Assembly: GCA_934101175.1 (NCBI GenBank)
Contig: CAKOQC010000001.1
Coordinates: forward strand, 199,589 to 263,588
Direction: 5' to 3'
DNA: 64,000 nt
Source: an uncultured Bacilli bacterium
GTDB taxonomy: Bacteria > Bacillota_I > Bacilli_A > RF39 > UBA660
Shown: positions 37,432 through 47,355 of the stretch, in pieces
How positions within the stretch are numbered: the stretch's first letter is position 1
Layout: each line of letters begins with the position of its first letter
Notes under the pieces: generated by a model
What the model saw: the letters and a program-made list of their open reading frames with translations, nothing else
Told to the model about the DNA's origin: nothing
Database searches by the model: none
Program-made: the position numbers and the translations under genes

Positions 37432-40400
37432 TTATCTGACATTACGAATAATGACTATTCCTGAACCGCCAGCATAACTAGCAGCTCCACCACCACCTCT
37501 ATTATCAGTACCTTTTGCGTCAGTACCGCCGCCGCCTTTTCCACCACTATTACAAACTGTTCCAAGTGTAGAATTGTAGTAGCAATGTTGAGCACCAGAA
37601 CCACCGCCAGAATAAGCATAATCATCACCGTTAGTGCATCCAGAAGTAGTACCCTCACCAAATTCACAAGTGGTTGTCCATTGACCTTTACCACCAGATG
37701 CTCCATTTACATACATACTACTACTGCCACCGCCGCCATTGGTACCATAAGAACCGCCTGAGCCGCCGCCATCATAACCATAATTATATGAAGCTTGACC
37801 GCCGCCACCTGAGCCACCAGCTCCGCCAGCACCGGAACCCGGAGAGCCGCCATTAGCGAAATATAATGTTTTATCATCGAAATAACTTATATTGCCAGCA
37901 ACACCAACAGCTCCACCAGCTCCAACTACAATCGAATATTCTTTAGCAGTTAAAGTTATATTTTTATATGTATTAGTATATCCACCACCACCACCGCCAC
38001 CAACATTTCCGCCTCCGCCGCCACCAACCAAGAAGGCATCAATTACTACACTATCACTAAATTTCAATGTTCCACTAGTTAAAAACTTAATTCTCCAATT
38101 ATTATTACTGTCATTTACTACTTCACAATTTCCGGTATAAGTCATGTATGGATTAGTACCCGCTGAATTGTTGGCACACTTATAATTTGATATTAACATT
38201 GAATATGTATATTTTGTTGTATTAATTGTAATAGTATTATTAATAGTATTAGTATTTCCAACTTTATCAGTAATCTTAACGCACACTCTATAAGTACCTG
38301 ATAATGTAGTATTAAATGTATATTGTGCATTATTGCTAGTTGTGTATCCATTAGTAGGACAACTACTTTCTGTTGTTATTAAATATCCATAATTTTTTAT
38401 TCCACTACCAACGTCACTAGCAGATATTACAGCAGTAATAGTATTATTTTTAGCAGTTAAAGCAATTGTTCCTGTAGGCTTAGTATTATCTACATAAAAT
38501 GGATTTGATATTGTTTTTGTACATTTTCCATTAACATCACAAGCTTGAACTATTAAATAATATGTTCCAGTAGCTGCTTTTAACTGATATGAATTACCTG
38601 ATGTAAATCCTACTGATGGGGCAGTATTTTTATCTTTAGAATAAATATACTTAAATGTTGATGAATTTAATTCATTACTTCCCTTACTTACATTTATTTT
38701 GCTAGAAATATCTCCACTTACATAACTAACATTACCATTTGGATTAAAGGCTATTACTGGGTTAGTACTTGCAGTCCAGTGAGCATATATTGTTTGATTA
38801 GTTGCTGCAATTATACTTGTTGATGCAGTAATCAATGTTCCACCATTTGCTTGAGTATACCAACCCGAAAAACTATATCCATCTCTTATCGGTGTACATA
38901 ATTCCCCATAAACATTTCCATTTATAATCGTTTTTGATGAACATCCTGAACCACCATTATTATTATACGTAATAATTAATGAATCAACATTCAAAGAAAT
39001 TGCAGTTATTCTTGCGGCCCCTGCTCCACTTTTTGCATAATTAGTAGTAGGTGTTGATGATACATTAGTAGTAGTATATGTCTTAGTAGCAGTATCACTT
39101 GATGCCGTACAATTATAGCAATACATATATTTATCTGTAAGTAAACTATTTCCTATATAGCCGGAACCTCCTGCTCCACCTTTAACACCACCGACTCCGC
39201 CGCCATAATACCCGCCGCCAGCTCCACCGCCACCATATCCGCCATTATCACCAGTCGAAGAATCGGCAGAAGCACCTAAACCAAATTTACCAGTATATGT
39301 TGAATTATTACTTCCAGCATTCAAAACACCGTTGGATATTCCTTGTCCACCAGCTGTTTGTGTTCCTCCCTTACCATAATGATTAGTTGTAGTCCATGAA
39401 CCTAATTTATCTATTATTGGTGGCATACCTTTTATACCACCACCAGATCCACCTGATGAATAAGCATAGCTACTATCAGACCAATACCAACTACTACCAC
39501 CACCACCAGATCCAGCAACAATTAAAATATTACTAGTTTTTGAAGATAATGTTGATAAAAGTCCGCTAACTATAGCTATGTGTGTTGCTCCGCCGCCGCC
39601 GCCACTATTAGTAGAAGAACCTTGTGTATAGCCGGAACCGCCTCCATTATAGCCGCCAGTTGTAATACCTACTGTCCCATTTATTCCGCTTGTGCCTTGA
39701 CCTCCTATATTTATGTATAATTTATCACCCTTTTCTAAATTTACCTTTCCTGTTGAATATCCTCCATATCCTCCTAGATAACTATTTGCAGATCCACCTT
39801 GTGCTCCCCACACTTCTAATTTATAAGTTCCAGTAGTTGGCACTGTATAAACTTGTTCAGTACCACTATACCCAATTTCTTCATAGTCACCATTAGAAAA
39901 TTTTGTATAATTATAATCAGTTGAAATAAATGATATTTTTGCATGTCCATTTCCTTGTTTAGAACAATTTTCTGTAGCAGCTGCATTTGTACATGTTGTA
40001 GATATTGTTTTTGTAGAATAACTTCCAGATTCCGTACAATTATAACAATACATATATTTATCAGTAAGTAAATCATTTCCGATATAACCTGAGCCACCGC
40101 CGCCGGCTCCAACACCATTGTCAACGATACCACCGCCGCCACCACCGTAATATCCACCGCCGCCGCCAGCTCCAAAATAAGCACTATTTCCTCCTAGGCC
40201 AAATGTTCCAGCACTACCATTTCCCGCTCCTGTTCCACCGGAACCACCACCAGTTTGAGTTCCCGGATATGCTAATCCAGGAGAAACAGTCCCTGCATAT
40301 AAGCCTTGATTACCACTTATACCGCCACCAGAACCGCCTCCTCCAGAATAATTAGACCACACAGCTTTTCCACCACCGCCGCCGGCAACAATTAATATAT

Positions 40401-43400
40401 TACTAGTCTTTGAAGATAATGTTGATAAAAGCCCACTAACTGTAGCTATATGCGTTGCTCCGCCGCCGCCGCCACTTACACCATAATTTGATACACCGGT
40501 GCCGCCTCCATTATATCCACCAGTTGTATCTGTTGTCGTGCTGCCAATATTGACATATAAAATTGTGTTTTTCTCCAAATATACTAAGCCTTTTGAATAA
40601 CCACCATATCCACCTGAAACGCCACCTTGTGCTCCCCATACCTCAAGTTTATAGTAACCTGATACAGGAACAACATATGTATATTCTCCACTATCTGAAT
40701 ATTCCGTAGGTATCCCCACATGAATTATACTATCCGAAATTACAGTTTCATTTTGAACATTATCAATAATTTTTGCACATACATAATATGTTCCTGAAGT
40801 CCCCACATTGAAAGTATAAACATTATTATTACTCTTTGTATATCCAGAAGTAGGACAACTACTATCTGTTGTTATTAAATATCCATATTCTTTTATTCCA
40901 CTTCCATTATCATGAGCATTTATTGTTATATCAATACTACCAGTACTGTTAGAAGCTAATGACAACGTCCCCGTTGGTGATTCATTATCAACATGAAATG
41001 GATTTGATACATTCTTTGTACAATTTCCATTAACATCACAAGCTTGCGCTATTAAGTAATATATCCCTGTTGCTGCTTTTAATTGATATGAACTACCTAA
41101 AGTAAATTCTACTGAAGGGGTAGTATTTTTATCCTTAGAATAAATATACTTAAATGTTGATGAATTTAATTCATTGCTTCCTTTACTTACATTTATTGTG
41201 CTAGAAATATCTCCGCTTACATAACTAACATTACCATTTGGATTAAAGGTTACTACTGGATTAGTACTTGCAGTCCAATGAGCATATATTGTTTGGTTAG
41301 CTGTAACCGTTACACTTGTTGATGCAGTAATTTGTGTTCCTCCACTTGCTTGAGTATACCAGCCAGCAAAACTATATCCATCTCTCACTGGGGTACATAG
41401 TTCTCCATATGTACTACCATTTACTATTGTTTTTGAATAACAACCTAATCCACCATTATTATTATACGTAAGAATTAATGAAGCAGCATTCATATAAAAT
41501 GTAGCAGTTATTCTTGCTGCTCCATTTACGCTCTTTGCATAATTAGCAGTAGGTGTTGCTGATACATTAGTAGTGGTATTTGTCTTAGTAGCAGTAGCGG
41601 TAGATGTTGTGCAATTATAGCAATACATATATTTATCTGTAAGTAAACTATTTCCTATATAGCCTGAACCACCACCACCGCCTGCGCCATGGCCACCACC
41701 ACCGCCGTAATATCCGCCGCCACCACCGCCACTCCAAGAATTTCCATTTCCACCTTGTCCAAAACTTCCATTATCGCCATAGTTTCCTTTACTTCCACCA
41801 GTTGTTTGCGTTCCTCCTGTTGGATTTTTATAATTTGATGTTGAACTTATTGCATTATTACCTATATAGCCACCACCGGAACCACCTGAAGAAGAATTAT
41901 TATCTCCAACTACACCGCCGCCGCCACCGCCGGCTGCTATTAATATATTGCTAGTTTTTGAGGATAACGTTGATAATAGTCCGCTAACTGTGGCTATATG
42001 GGTTGCACCGCCGCCGCCACCGCCAGAATATGTTGTAGAGCCACTAACTCCACCGCCATTATAGCCCCCGTTAGTAACCTCACCCTTACCACCAACATTT
42101 ATATATATTATATCGTCTTTTGACAAATTAACATTTCCTACGGAATACCCTCCATAGCCCCCTATATATGTACTATTTGCACTTCCGCCTTGAGCGCCCC
42201 ATACCTCTAATTTATAGATTCCAGTTTTCGGTATTGTATATGTCTGTTCTCCACTAGTAGTATATAATTGATTAACATTAATGTAACTATATTTAACACC
42301 AATTGATGATAAATAAGCGATATTACCAGCTTTGTCAGTTAACTTTATACAGCCATAATATGTGGCATCATTCGTATAACTTCCAGAATATTCTTTTGAT
42401 ACTCCTGTTTGATTTGCATACGTAGCAGCACTACAATTACTATTCGTAGTTAAAGCAAAACCATACGTTCCAGTTAATCCTGAACCATCATCACCTTGAT
42501 TAGATAATTTTAAAGTAAACTTACCATTAGTTAATGACAATGATGCTGTTCCATATGGTAAAACATTATCTTTCCATTTTGCATATAATGTCTGATTAGC
42601 TGTGGTTGTTACTTTAGTGCTATCTGTTATTTTAGTACCTGTTCCTTTTTCGCCAGTATACCATCCATCAAAGGTAAATCCTAATCTTTTAGGTATTGGT
42701 AGCGATCCATAAGTACTTCCATATGCTACGTTTTTAGTATCATTCTTAATAAAGTTGACTTTTATCTTATAATTAGTAAATGTTTGTTTAGCAGGTTCTT
42801 TCGCCCACATCCAAAATCTAAAACCAGATCCATCAGTACCTGCTAAATCACTTGCAGTAAGTGTAATAGATTTGCTTCCACTTGTAAAGTATGTTAAGCC
42901 CTCAGCGTTTCTTGTCGCTAAATTACCAGTGCCAGCAGCATTAGCTACATCTACTACAAATGATGGCACCCCTGTTCCGGTATATGCATAACTACCTGAT
43001 ACATAAGTAATTGTCAGTGTATATTTATCGCCTGATGTAAAACTTAATCCTGTAAAATTTGTTAACAACGATGATGTTGAAGTAGGTGTTCCATTTATAG
43101 TTAAATATGAATTATCATAATCATATGTTAAAGTTAGACCATTTATTGTTTTACTTGTAGTACTAAACATATTACCATTAAAATCTACTTTATATGTATT
43201 TGCGGTCCATTTAGCATATAATGTTACATTACTTGTTTTATCAAAATTTTTTGCTGATGTACCACTTGCTGTATAATATTGTGTTCCGCTACCATTTTTC
43301 TCACTGTAATAACCATTAAAGGTATAGCCTGTTTTACTTGGTTTTGTTATGCTTGGCATTGCACTTTGATATGTTGCTGTAACCGATGTTGTACCAGCAC

Positions 43401-46305
43401 TCGTAGCACCTTGATTATCTAATGTTACGGTATATGTACTTGCTTTCCAATTTGCATATAAAGTAATTGATGATGTTGGTGTATAACTTGCACCTTTATC
43501 ACCTATCTTTGTACCTCCACTACTTGCATTATACCAACCATTAAAGGTATATCCTGCTCTTGTTGGTACTGTTTGACTTAATGTTATTGTTTGATTATAT
43601 GTATTTATACCGCCACTCTTAGACACATATGTCCTTTTTGATGTTTGATTACTTGGTGCTCCACTTCCTCCATTAGCATTATAACTAACAGTAAATGTCT
43701 TCTCATATATCGCATATAATGCATTTGTACCTGTTCCTAGTGGTACTCTCCTATAATCATTGGAATAATTAGAAGAATCATATGTCCATGCTACATAACT
43801 AGCTCCATCATAACTACTTGGTACTACCTCTGCTTCACTTAAAGAATTATTATAACTTGTTCCATCACTAAGCATTCTTCTTGTTACTGTTTTACTTACA
43901 TGACTACTGCCATTATAATAATAAAAAGTTAATGGTTCTGTATATACAGCATAAAATTTTGTATTAGCTGTTGAAGGTGTAACTATTGTTGCACTATTTA
44001 TAGCAGTTGCCACCCCAATATAGTTTTCAGCTGATGCTCCACCTGTACTAGTTGTTACTGCACTAGGAACAGTATAATTAGATTGAATATATGTTCCTTT
44101 ATAATTCATATATCTTATAGCAGTAGTTGTTACACTAGCTTGTGTACCACTTTTATATATGTAATCATCTTTTGTTAATTTTGAATAATAAAATGTTCCC
44201 GTTATGGTAGTTTGATATGAAGCATAATAAGTTTGATCAGCACTAAGAGTAACTGTTTTTCCACTAGTTACTGCTACATTAGCATTACCAGTATTACTTG
44301 TACTCCATCCTCTAGCTGTATAGGTAACACTACTTACAGTTTGATTACCAATAGTAGGTGTCGTTATTGTTGCCGTAGTGGCTCTATTATAAATAGTACT
44401 AGATACTTTAGTATTCTGATTATTATAGTAATTAAAAGTTCCCGTTATAGTCTTTTTATAAATGGCATATAAAGTTATATTGCTTGTTCCCATTTTTAAG
44501 GTACTTAAACCACTCGTAGCATCTTTATTTGTATTCCAACCAACAAAAGTCCAATTAGACTTTGTTGCTGTTGGTGTTAAATCTATATTAGCATTATAAT
44601 TCACATTAGCACTTGTCTTAGTAGCCCCACTACCACCATTAGTGGCATAATCATAAGTTACGATATAGCTATTAACACTCCATTTAGCATATAACACTAT
44701 GTTACCAGTTTGCGTAGATGATATTTTAGTTACTGCATTACCACTACCATCTTGTGTTAAATACCAACCACTAAAAGTATAACCTGTTTTGCTTGGATTA
44801 ACTAAAGTAGTTTCTTTCCCATATGTATATTTTATTGGATATCCATTTCCATGAGTTCCTGTAAATGTAGTATTTCCGACATCTTTATAACTAATAGTAT
44901 ATGTATTTACTGTCCATTTAGCATATAGTACTAATTCTCCTGAATGTGTACTACCATCTATTTCAGTAATTGCCGTTCCACTACCATCTTGTGCTAAGTA
45001 CCAGCCATTAAAGGTATAACCTGTTTTACTTGGATTAACTAATTTTGTTATACTCTTTGTAGTATATGTAAGAGGATAATTATCTCCATGTACTCCACTA
45101 AATTCAGTACCTCCTACATCTTTATAAGTTATTGCATAAGTTTTGACTGCATCTACTGAAATATTATCAGATACTGTTTCAATATTATGGTTATTTACTT
45201 TATCACTTAACTTATCTTTAGGTAGAGTAATTGTAGTTTCTCCTGAAGTATTTCCTCCTACTACTGTAAGAGTATATTTATATCCATTAGTAATATTACT
45301 TTTCTCTACTTTACTAATAGTTATTATATTATTTGAAATAGTAAAATCACTTACTACTAGATCTTTAGATACCATACCAGTTTCACTATCTGTACATAGT
45401 AAACTAATCGTTGCAGTTTCTTTTTCATCTAGATTATTTTTACTAATATTATCCCACGTACATACAGGTCCTGTTATATCTATCTTATCTACATTTAAAT
45501 TTTTACTAATTATTTTATTATTCTTATCTTTAAACCATATATAATATGTTCCAGTATTATTAACTGTATATTCTAAATTATAGATATTATTCTGTTCATT
45601 CTCAGGAATACTTATCCATGTACTAGGTTCTGTATTACTATCAGTTACTTGATATCCTATGATTTTCTTACCAGAATTAACTGCTATAGCTTTAATAATT
45701 TGATAGTTATTAGTTAATTTTGTTATTTCAAATTTATCTACTACTATTTGATCTACTTGTGTCCATATAGATACATCGGCTGTTTCTCCTGTCATAGAGC
45801 TATCTGCTAATGTTTCATCTAACCAGATCCATATCGTATATTCTGTTAAAGTAGTAGTTACTTCAAAATTAGGAAGTATTGCCATTTCACTACCAGTAGA
45901 TAATAAAGAAAAATTTCCACTTGCTAATACTTTACCATTACTAGTAGCATTACCTAAAGTAACTGTCCACTTTAATGCTTCACTATTATTAAGATTTTCT
46001 CCTATCTCTTTTACTTTCATATTAATAGTAGCATATAGCATCTTATCACTTATTTTATCACTTTTATAAATAGATACTGTAGTATGTACTCCAGAAGTAT
46101 AACTAGTTCCTACTTGAAAGTCTCCAACAAATTTAGATTCTCCTGAATCATAAATTATATATTCTTGTAATCCTTTACTAGTATTAAATACTACTTCTTT
46201 ATTTTCTCCACTTCTCCATGAAAAGTATGCAAATGTACTTCCAAGTAATATCATTATTACTCCAAGTACCATAAGTAATATCAATGTTTTATTCTTCTTA
46301 TTCAT
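37432..46305 (-). CDS. giant (2957 aa) secreted or surface repeat protein: SipW-type signal peptide, Ig-like domains, >=8 Listeria-Bacteroides (Flg_new) repeats, and four glycine-rich modules
   Basis: N-terminus 'LILLMVLGVIMILLGSTFAYFSW' resembles SipW-cognate signal peptides. Repeated '[ST]GY[TS]F.GWY......LYAKW' units are Listeria-Bacteroides repeats. Three roughly 300-aa modules read 'YTIPKTGIYKLEVWGAQGG...GGGGGATHIATVSGLLSTLSSKTSNILI.AGGGGG...GGGGGYYGGGGG...SGYIGNSLLTDKYMYCYNCT'. No LPXTG motif. Confidence 0.8.
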   Translation of the reverse strand: MNKKNKTLILLMVLGVIMILLGSTFAYFSWRSGENKEVVFNTSKGLQEYIIYDSGESKFVGDFQVGTSYTSGVHTTVSIYKSDKISDKMLYATINMKVKEIGENLNNSEALKWTVTLGNATSNGKVLASGNFSLLSTGSEMAILPNFEVTTTLTEYTIWIWLDETLADSSMTGETADVSIWTQVDQIVVDKFEITKLTNNYQIIKAIAVNSGKKIIGYQVTDSNTEPSTWISIPENEQNNIYNLEYTVNNTGTYYIWFKDKNNKIISKNLNVDKIDITGPVCTWDNISKNNLDEKETATISLLCTDSETGMVSKDLVVSDFTISNNIITISKVEKSNITNGYKYTLTVVGGNTSGETTITLPKDKLSDKVNNHNIETVSDNISVDAVKTYAITYKDVGGTEFSGVHGDNYPLTYTTKSITKLVNPSKTGYTFNGWYLAQDGSGTAITEIDGSTHSGELVLYAKWTVNTYTISYKDVGNTTFTGTHGNGYPIKYTYGKETTLVNPSKTGYTFSGWYLTQDGSGNAVTKISSTQTGNIVLYAKWSVNSYIVTYDYATNGGSGATKTSANVNYNANIDLTPTATKSNWTFVGWNTNKDATSGLSTLKMGTSNITLYAIYKKTITGTFNYYNNQNTKVSSTIYNRATTATITTPTIGNQTVSSVTYTARGWSTSNTGNANVAVTSGKTVTLSADQTYYASYQTTITGTFYYSKLTKDDYIYKSGTQASVTTTAIRYMNYKGTYIQSNYTVPSAVTTSTGGASAENYIGVATAINSATIVTPSTANTKFYAVYTEPLTFYYYNGSSHVSKTVTRRMLSDGTSYNNSLSEAEVVPSSYDGASYVAWTYDSSNYSNDYRRVPLGTGTNALYAIYEKTFTVSYNANGGSGAPSNQTSKRTYVSKSGGINTYNQTITLSQTVPTRAGYTFNGWYNASSGGTKIGDKGASYTPTSSITLYANWKASTYTVTLDNQGATSAGTTSVTATYQSAMPSITKPSKTGYTFNGYYSEKNGSGTQYYTASGTSAKNFDKTSNVTLYAKWTANTYKVDFNGNMFSTTSKTINGLTLTYDYDNSYLTINGTPTSTSSLLTNFTGLSFTSGDKYTLTITYVSGSYAYTGTGVPSFVVDVANAAGTGNLATRNAEGLTYFTSGSKSITLTASDLAGTDGSGFRFWMWAKEPAKQTFTNYKIKVNFIKNDTKNVAYGSTYGSLPIPKRLGFTFDGWYTGEKGTGTKITDSTKVTTTANQTLYAKWKDNVLPYGTASLSLTNGKFTLKLSNQGDDGSGLTGTYGFALTTNSNCSAATYANQTGVSKEYSGSYTNDATYYGCIKLTDKAGNIAYLSSIGVKYSYINVNQLYTTSGEQTYTIPKTGIYKLEVWGAQGGSANSTYIGGYGGYSVGNVNLSKDDIIYINVGGKGEVTNGGYNGGGVSGSTTYSGGGGGGATHIATVSGLLSTLSSKTSNILIAAGGGGGGVVGDNNSSSGGSGGGYIGNNAISSTSNYKNPTGGTQTTGGSKGNYGDNGSFGQGGNGNSWSGGGGGGYYGGGGGHGAGGGGGSGYIGNSLLTDKYMYCYNCTTSTATATKTNTTTNVSATPTANYAKSVNGAARITATFYMNAASLILTYNNNGGLGCYSKTIVNGSTYGELCTPVRDGYSFAGWYTQASGGTQITASTSVTVTANQTIYAHWTASTNPVVTFNPNGNVSYVSGDISSTINVSKGSNELNSSTFKYIYSKDKNTTPSVEFTLGSSYQLKAATGIYYLIAQACDVNGNCTKNVSNPFHVDNESPTGTLSLASNSTGSIDITINAHDNGSGIKEYGYLITTDSSCPTSGYTKSNNNVYTFNVGTSGTYYVCAKIIDNVQNETVISDSIIHVGIPTEYSDSGEYTYVVPVSGYYKLEVWGAQGGVSGGYGGYSKGLVYLEKNTILYVNIGSTTTDTTGGYNGGGTGVSNYGVSGGGGGATHIATVSGLLSTLSSKTSNILIVAGGGGGKAVWSNYSGGGGSGGGISGNQGLYAGTVSPGLAYPGTQTGGGSGGTGAGNGSAGTFGLGGNSAYFGAGGGGGYYGGGGGGIVDNGVGAGGGGSGYIGNDLLTDKYMYCYNCTESGSYSTKTISTTCTNAAATENCSKQGNGHAKISFISTDYNYTKFSNGDYEEIGYSGTEQVYTVPTTGTYKLEVWGAQGGSANSYLGGYGGYSTGKVNLEKGDKLYINIGGQGTSGINGTVGITTGGYNGGGSGYTQGSSTNSGGGGGATHIAIVSGLLSTLSSKTSNILIVAGSGGGGSSWYWSDSSYAYSSGGSGGGIKGMPPIIDKLGSWTTTNHYGKGGTQTAGGQGISNGVLNAGSNNSTYTGKFGLGASADSSTGDNGGYGGGGAGGGYYGGGVGGVKGGAGGSGYIGNSLLTDKYMYCYNCTASSDTATKTYTTTNVSSTPTTNYAKSGAGAARITAISLNVDSLIITYNNNGGSGCSSKTIINGNVYGELCTPIRDGYSFSGWYTQANGGTLITASTSIIAATNQTIYAHWTASTNPVIAFNPNGNVSYVSGDISSKINVSKGSNELNSSTFKYIYSKDKNTAPSVGFTSGNSYQLKAATGTYYLIVQACDVNGKCTKTISNPFYVDNTKPTGTIALTAKNNTITAVISASDVGSGIKNYGYLITTESSCPTNGYTTSNNAQYTFNTTLSGTYRVCVKITDKVGNTNTINNTITINTTKYTYSMLISNYKCANNSAGTNPYMTYTGNCEVVNDSNNNWRIKFLTSGTLKFSDSVVIDAFLVGGGGGGNVGGGGGGGYTNTYKNITLTAKEYSIVVGAGGAVGVAGNISYFDDKTLYFANGGSPGSGAGGAGGSGGGGQASYNYGYDGGGSGGSYGTNGGGGSSSMYVNGASGGKGQWTTTCEFGEGTTSGCTNGDDYAYSGGGSGAQHCYYNSTLGTVCNSGGKGGGGTDAKGTDNRGGGGAASYAGGSGIVIIRNVR
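38330..39200. repeat. intragenic long direct repeat, copy 1 (~870 bp, ~90% identical to 40830-41700)
   Basis: Aligning the text directly shows near-identical runs such as 'gcagtattttt atctttagaataaatatacttaaatgttgatgaatttaattcatt' at 38620 and again at 41120, exactly 2500 bp apart. Confidence 0.7.
39511..39605. repeat. three-copy ~95-bp direct repeat (also at 40391-40485 and 41940-42030) encoding 'GGGGGATHIATVSGLLSTLSSKTSNILI'
   Basis: 'attactagt(t/c)tttgaagataatgttgataaaag(t/c)cc(g/a)ctaact(a/g)tagctat(g/a)tg(t/c)gttgctccgccgccgccgcc' recurs three times. Confidence 0.7.
40830..41700. repeat. intragenic long direct repeat, copy 2
   Basis: See copy 1. The unit encodes the Ig-like domain plus the Listeria-Bacteroides repeat. 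Confidence 0.7.
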
Positions 46306-46533
46306 ACACTTACACTCCCAAAAAAATCCTCAAGTATTCTACTTGATAATTCTTGAAAAGTGTTATAAACCCTTGAAAATACTGACTTTATCTAAAATAT
46401 ATTGGAATTTAAAAGTATATTTTTTCTTACAAAAATATAACTGTAAATATTGCATAATCCCTTTATTTATAGTATAATTTAATCATAGTAAAAAATAATA
46501 AAGTAGAATACTTTATAACTTTTTAAGTCATAC

Positions 46534-46567
46534 TAAAAGACACCAATCAAAAGTGTCTTTTTTTCTA
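46534..46567. terminator. intrinsic terminator hairpin (AAAGACAC...GTGTCTTT + T7)
   Basis: Perfect 8-bp stem followed by TTTTTTT, downstream of the minus-strand gene ending at 46575. This separates it from the giant gene's promoter region. Confidence 0.5.
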
Positions 46568-46574
46568 TTCATAA

Positions 46575-47177
46575 TTATTCTGTAGCAATAATAGTAATAT
46601 CATCTATTAACCAACGATTATCTACAAGTACTACTCTTATTGTAGCTAAAGTATTCTTACTATTACTAGTCCATTTCTCATAAATAATTCCATTTATTTC
46701 TTTATCTAAAGCAGATGTAATACTAATCTTTGTATTATCTCCTCTAAAATAATATGTTTGATAAGTAACTAAATTACCTGCTAAATAATATCCATTTTCA
46801 GTATAAGCAAAATAATTTCCTAAATCAGAAATATATTTCTTTATTCCATTTTCAGTAAATAAATTATTCATAACTTCATCAAAATTAGTTATCTTTTTAT
46901 AAGTAATATCTCCAATAACTATAATATCATCTTGACTAACTTTAAATTTGTTATTAACAACATCATATAGTATTCTAACATTATCATAAAGTCCTTTAAT
47001 AATAGCTATTTCCTTATCATTATTATTAGTATCACCAATAACTGTATTATTATCAATTAAAGACTTATTTTCATTACCTTTAGCTAAAAAGAAATCAGCT
47101 ATAAAATAAAATAATACAAATAATACTATTAATATTAACATTCCTATTTTATTCATTTTCTTCATAATTCTAATCAC
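46575..47177 (-). CDS. hypothetical membrane-anchored protein (200 aa)
   Basis: N-terminal TM helix; no recognisable domain. Confidence 0.4.
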   Translation of the reverse strand: MIRIMKKMNKIGMLILIVLFVLFYFIADFFLAKGNENKSLIDNNTVIGDTNNNDKEIAIIKGLYDNVRILYDVVNNKFKVSQDDIIVIGDITYKKITNFDEVMNNLFTENGIKKYISDLGNYFAYTENGYYLAGNLVTYQTYYFRGDNTKISITSALDKEINGIIYEKWTSNSKNTLATIRVVLVDNRWLIDDITIIATE

Positions 47178-47261
47178 CTATATAAATTATAACTTATATT
47201 TCAAAAAAAGCAAACACTCTATTTATCTATTTACTAATATTTTACTTTCTTTTATTACAAA

Positions 47262-47310
47262 CAAAAATAAATTAGTAAAGTTTTATTCCTCTACTAATTT
47301 ATTTTTTATT
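47262..47310. terminator. putative terminator after gpmI
   Basis: AATTAGTA...TACTAATT inverted repeat flanked by T runs. Confidence 0.35.
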
Positions 47311-47355
47311 TCATTATCTTCTAATTTTTTTCTAACTTTATATTAATAATATTAT

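Noticed and set aside
37455-38140. Antisense ORFs inside the giant gene (37455..37706 -, 37674..37856 +, 37892..38140 + with poly-Pro 'PPPPPPP', 39816..40184, 44233..44472, 45143..45544)
   Set aside because: These are shadow frames of the Gly-codon-rich (GGN) coding strand: poly-Gly on one strand reads as poly-Pro or Ala on the other. They have no RBS and sit nested in a clearly coding 8.9-kb ORF.
37432-46305. Possible CRISPR array, suggested by the many repeated short GC-rich units (ccgccgccgcc) in an otherwise AT-rich window
   Set aside because: The repeats are in-frame Gly codon tracts of irregular spacing inside one long ORF. There are no regular repeat-spacer units and no cas genes.
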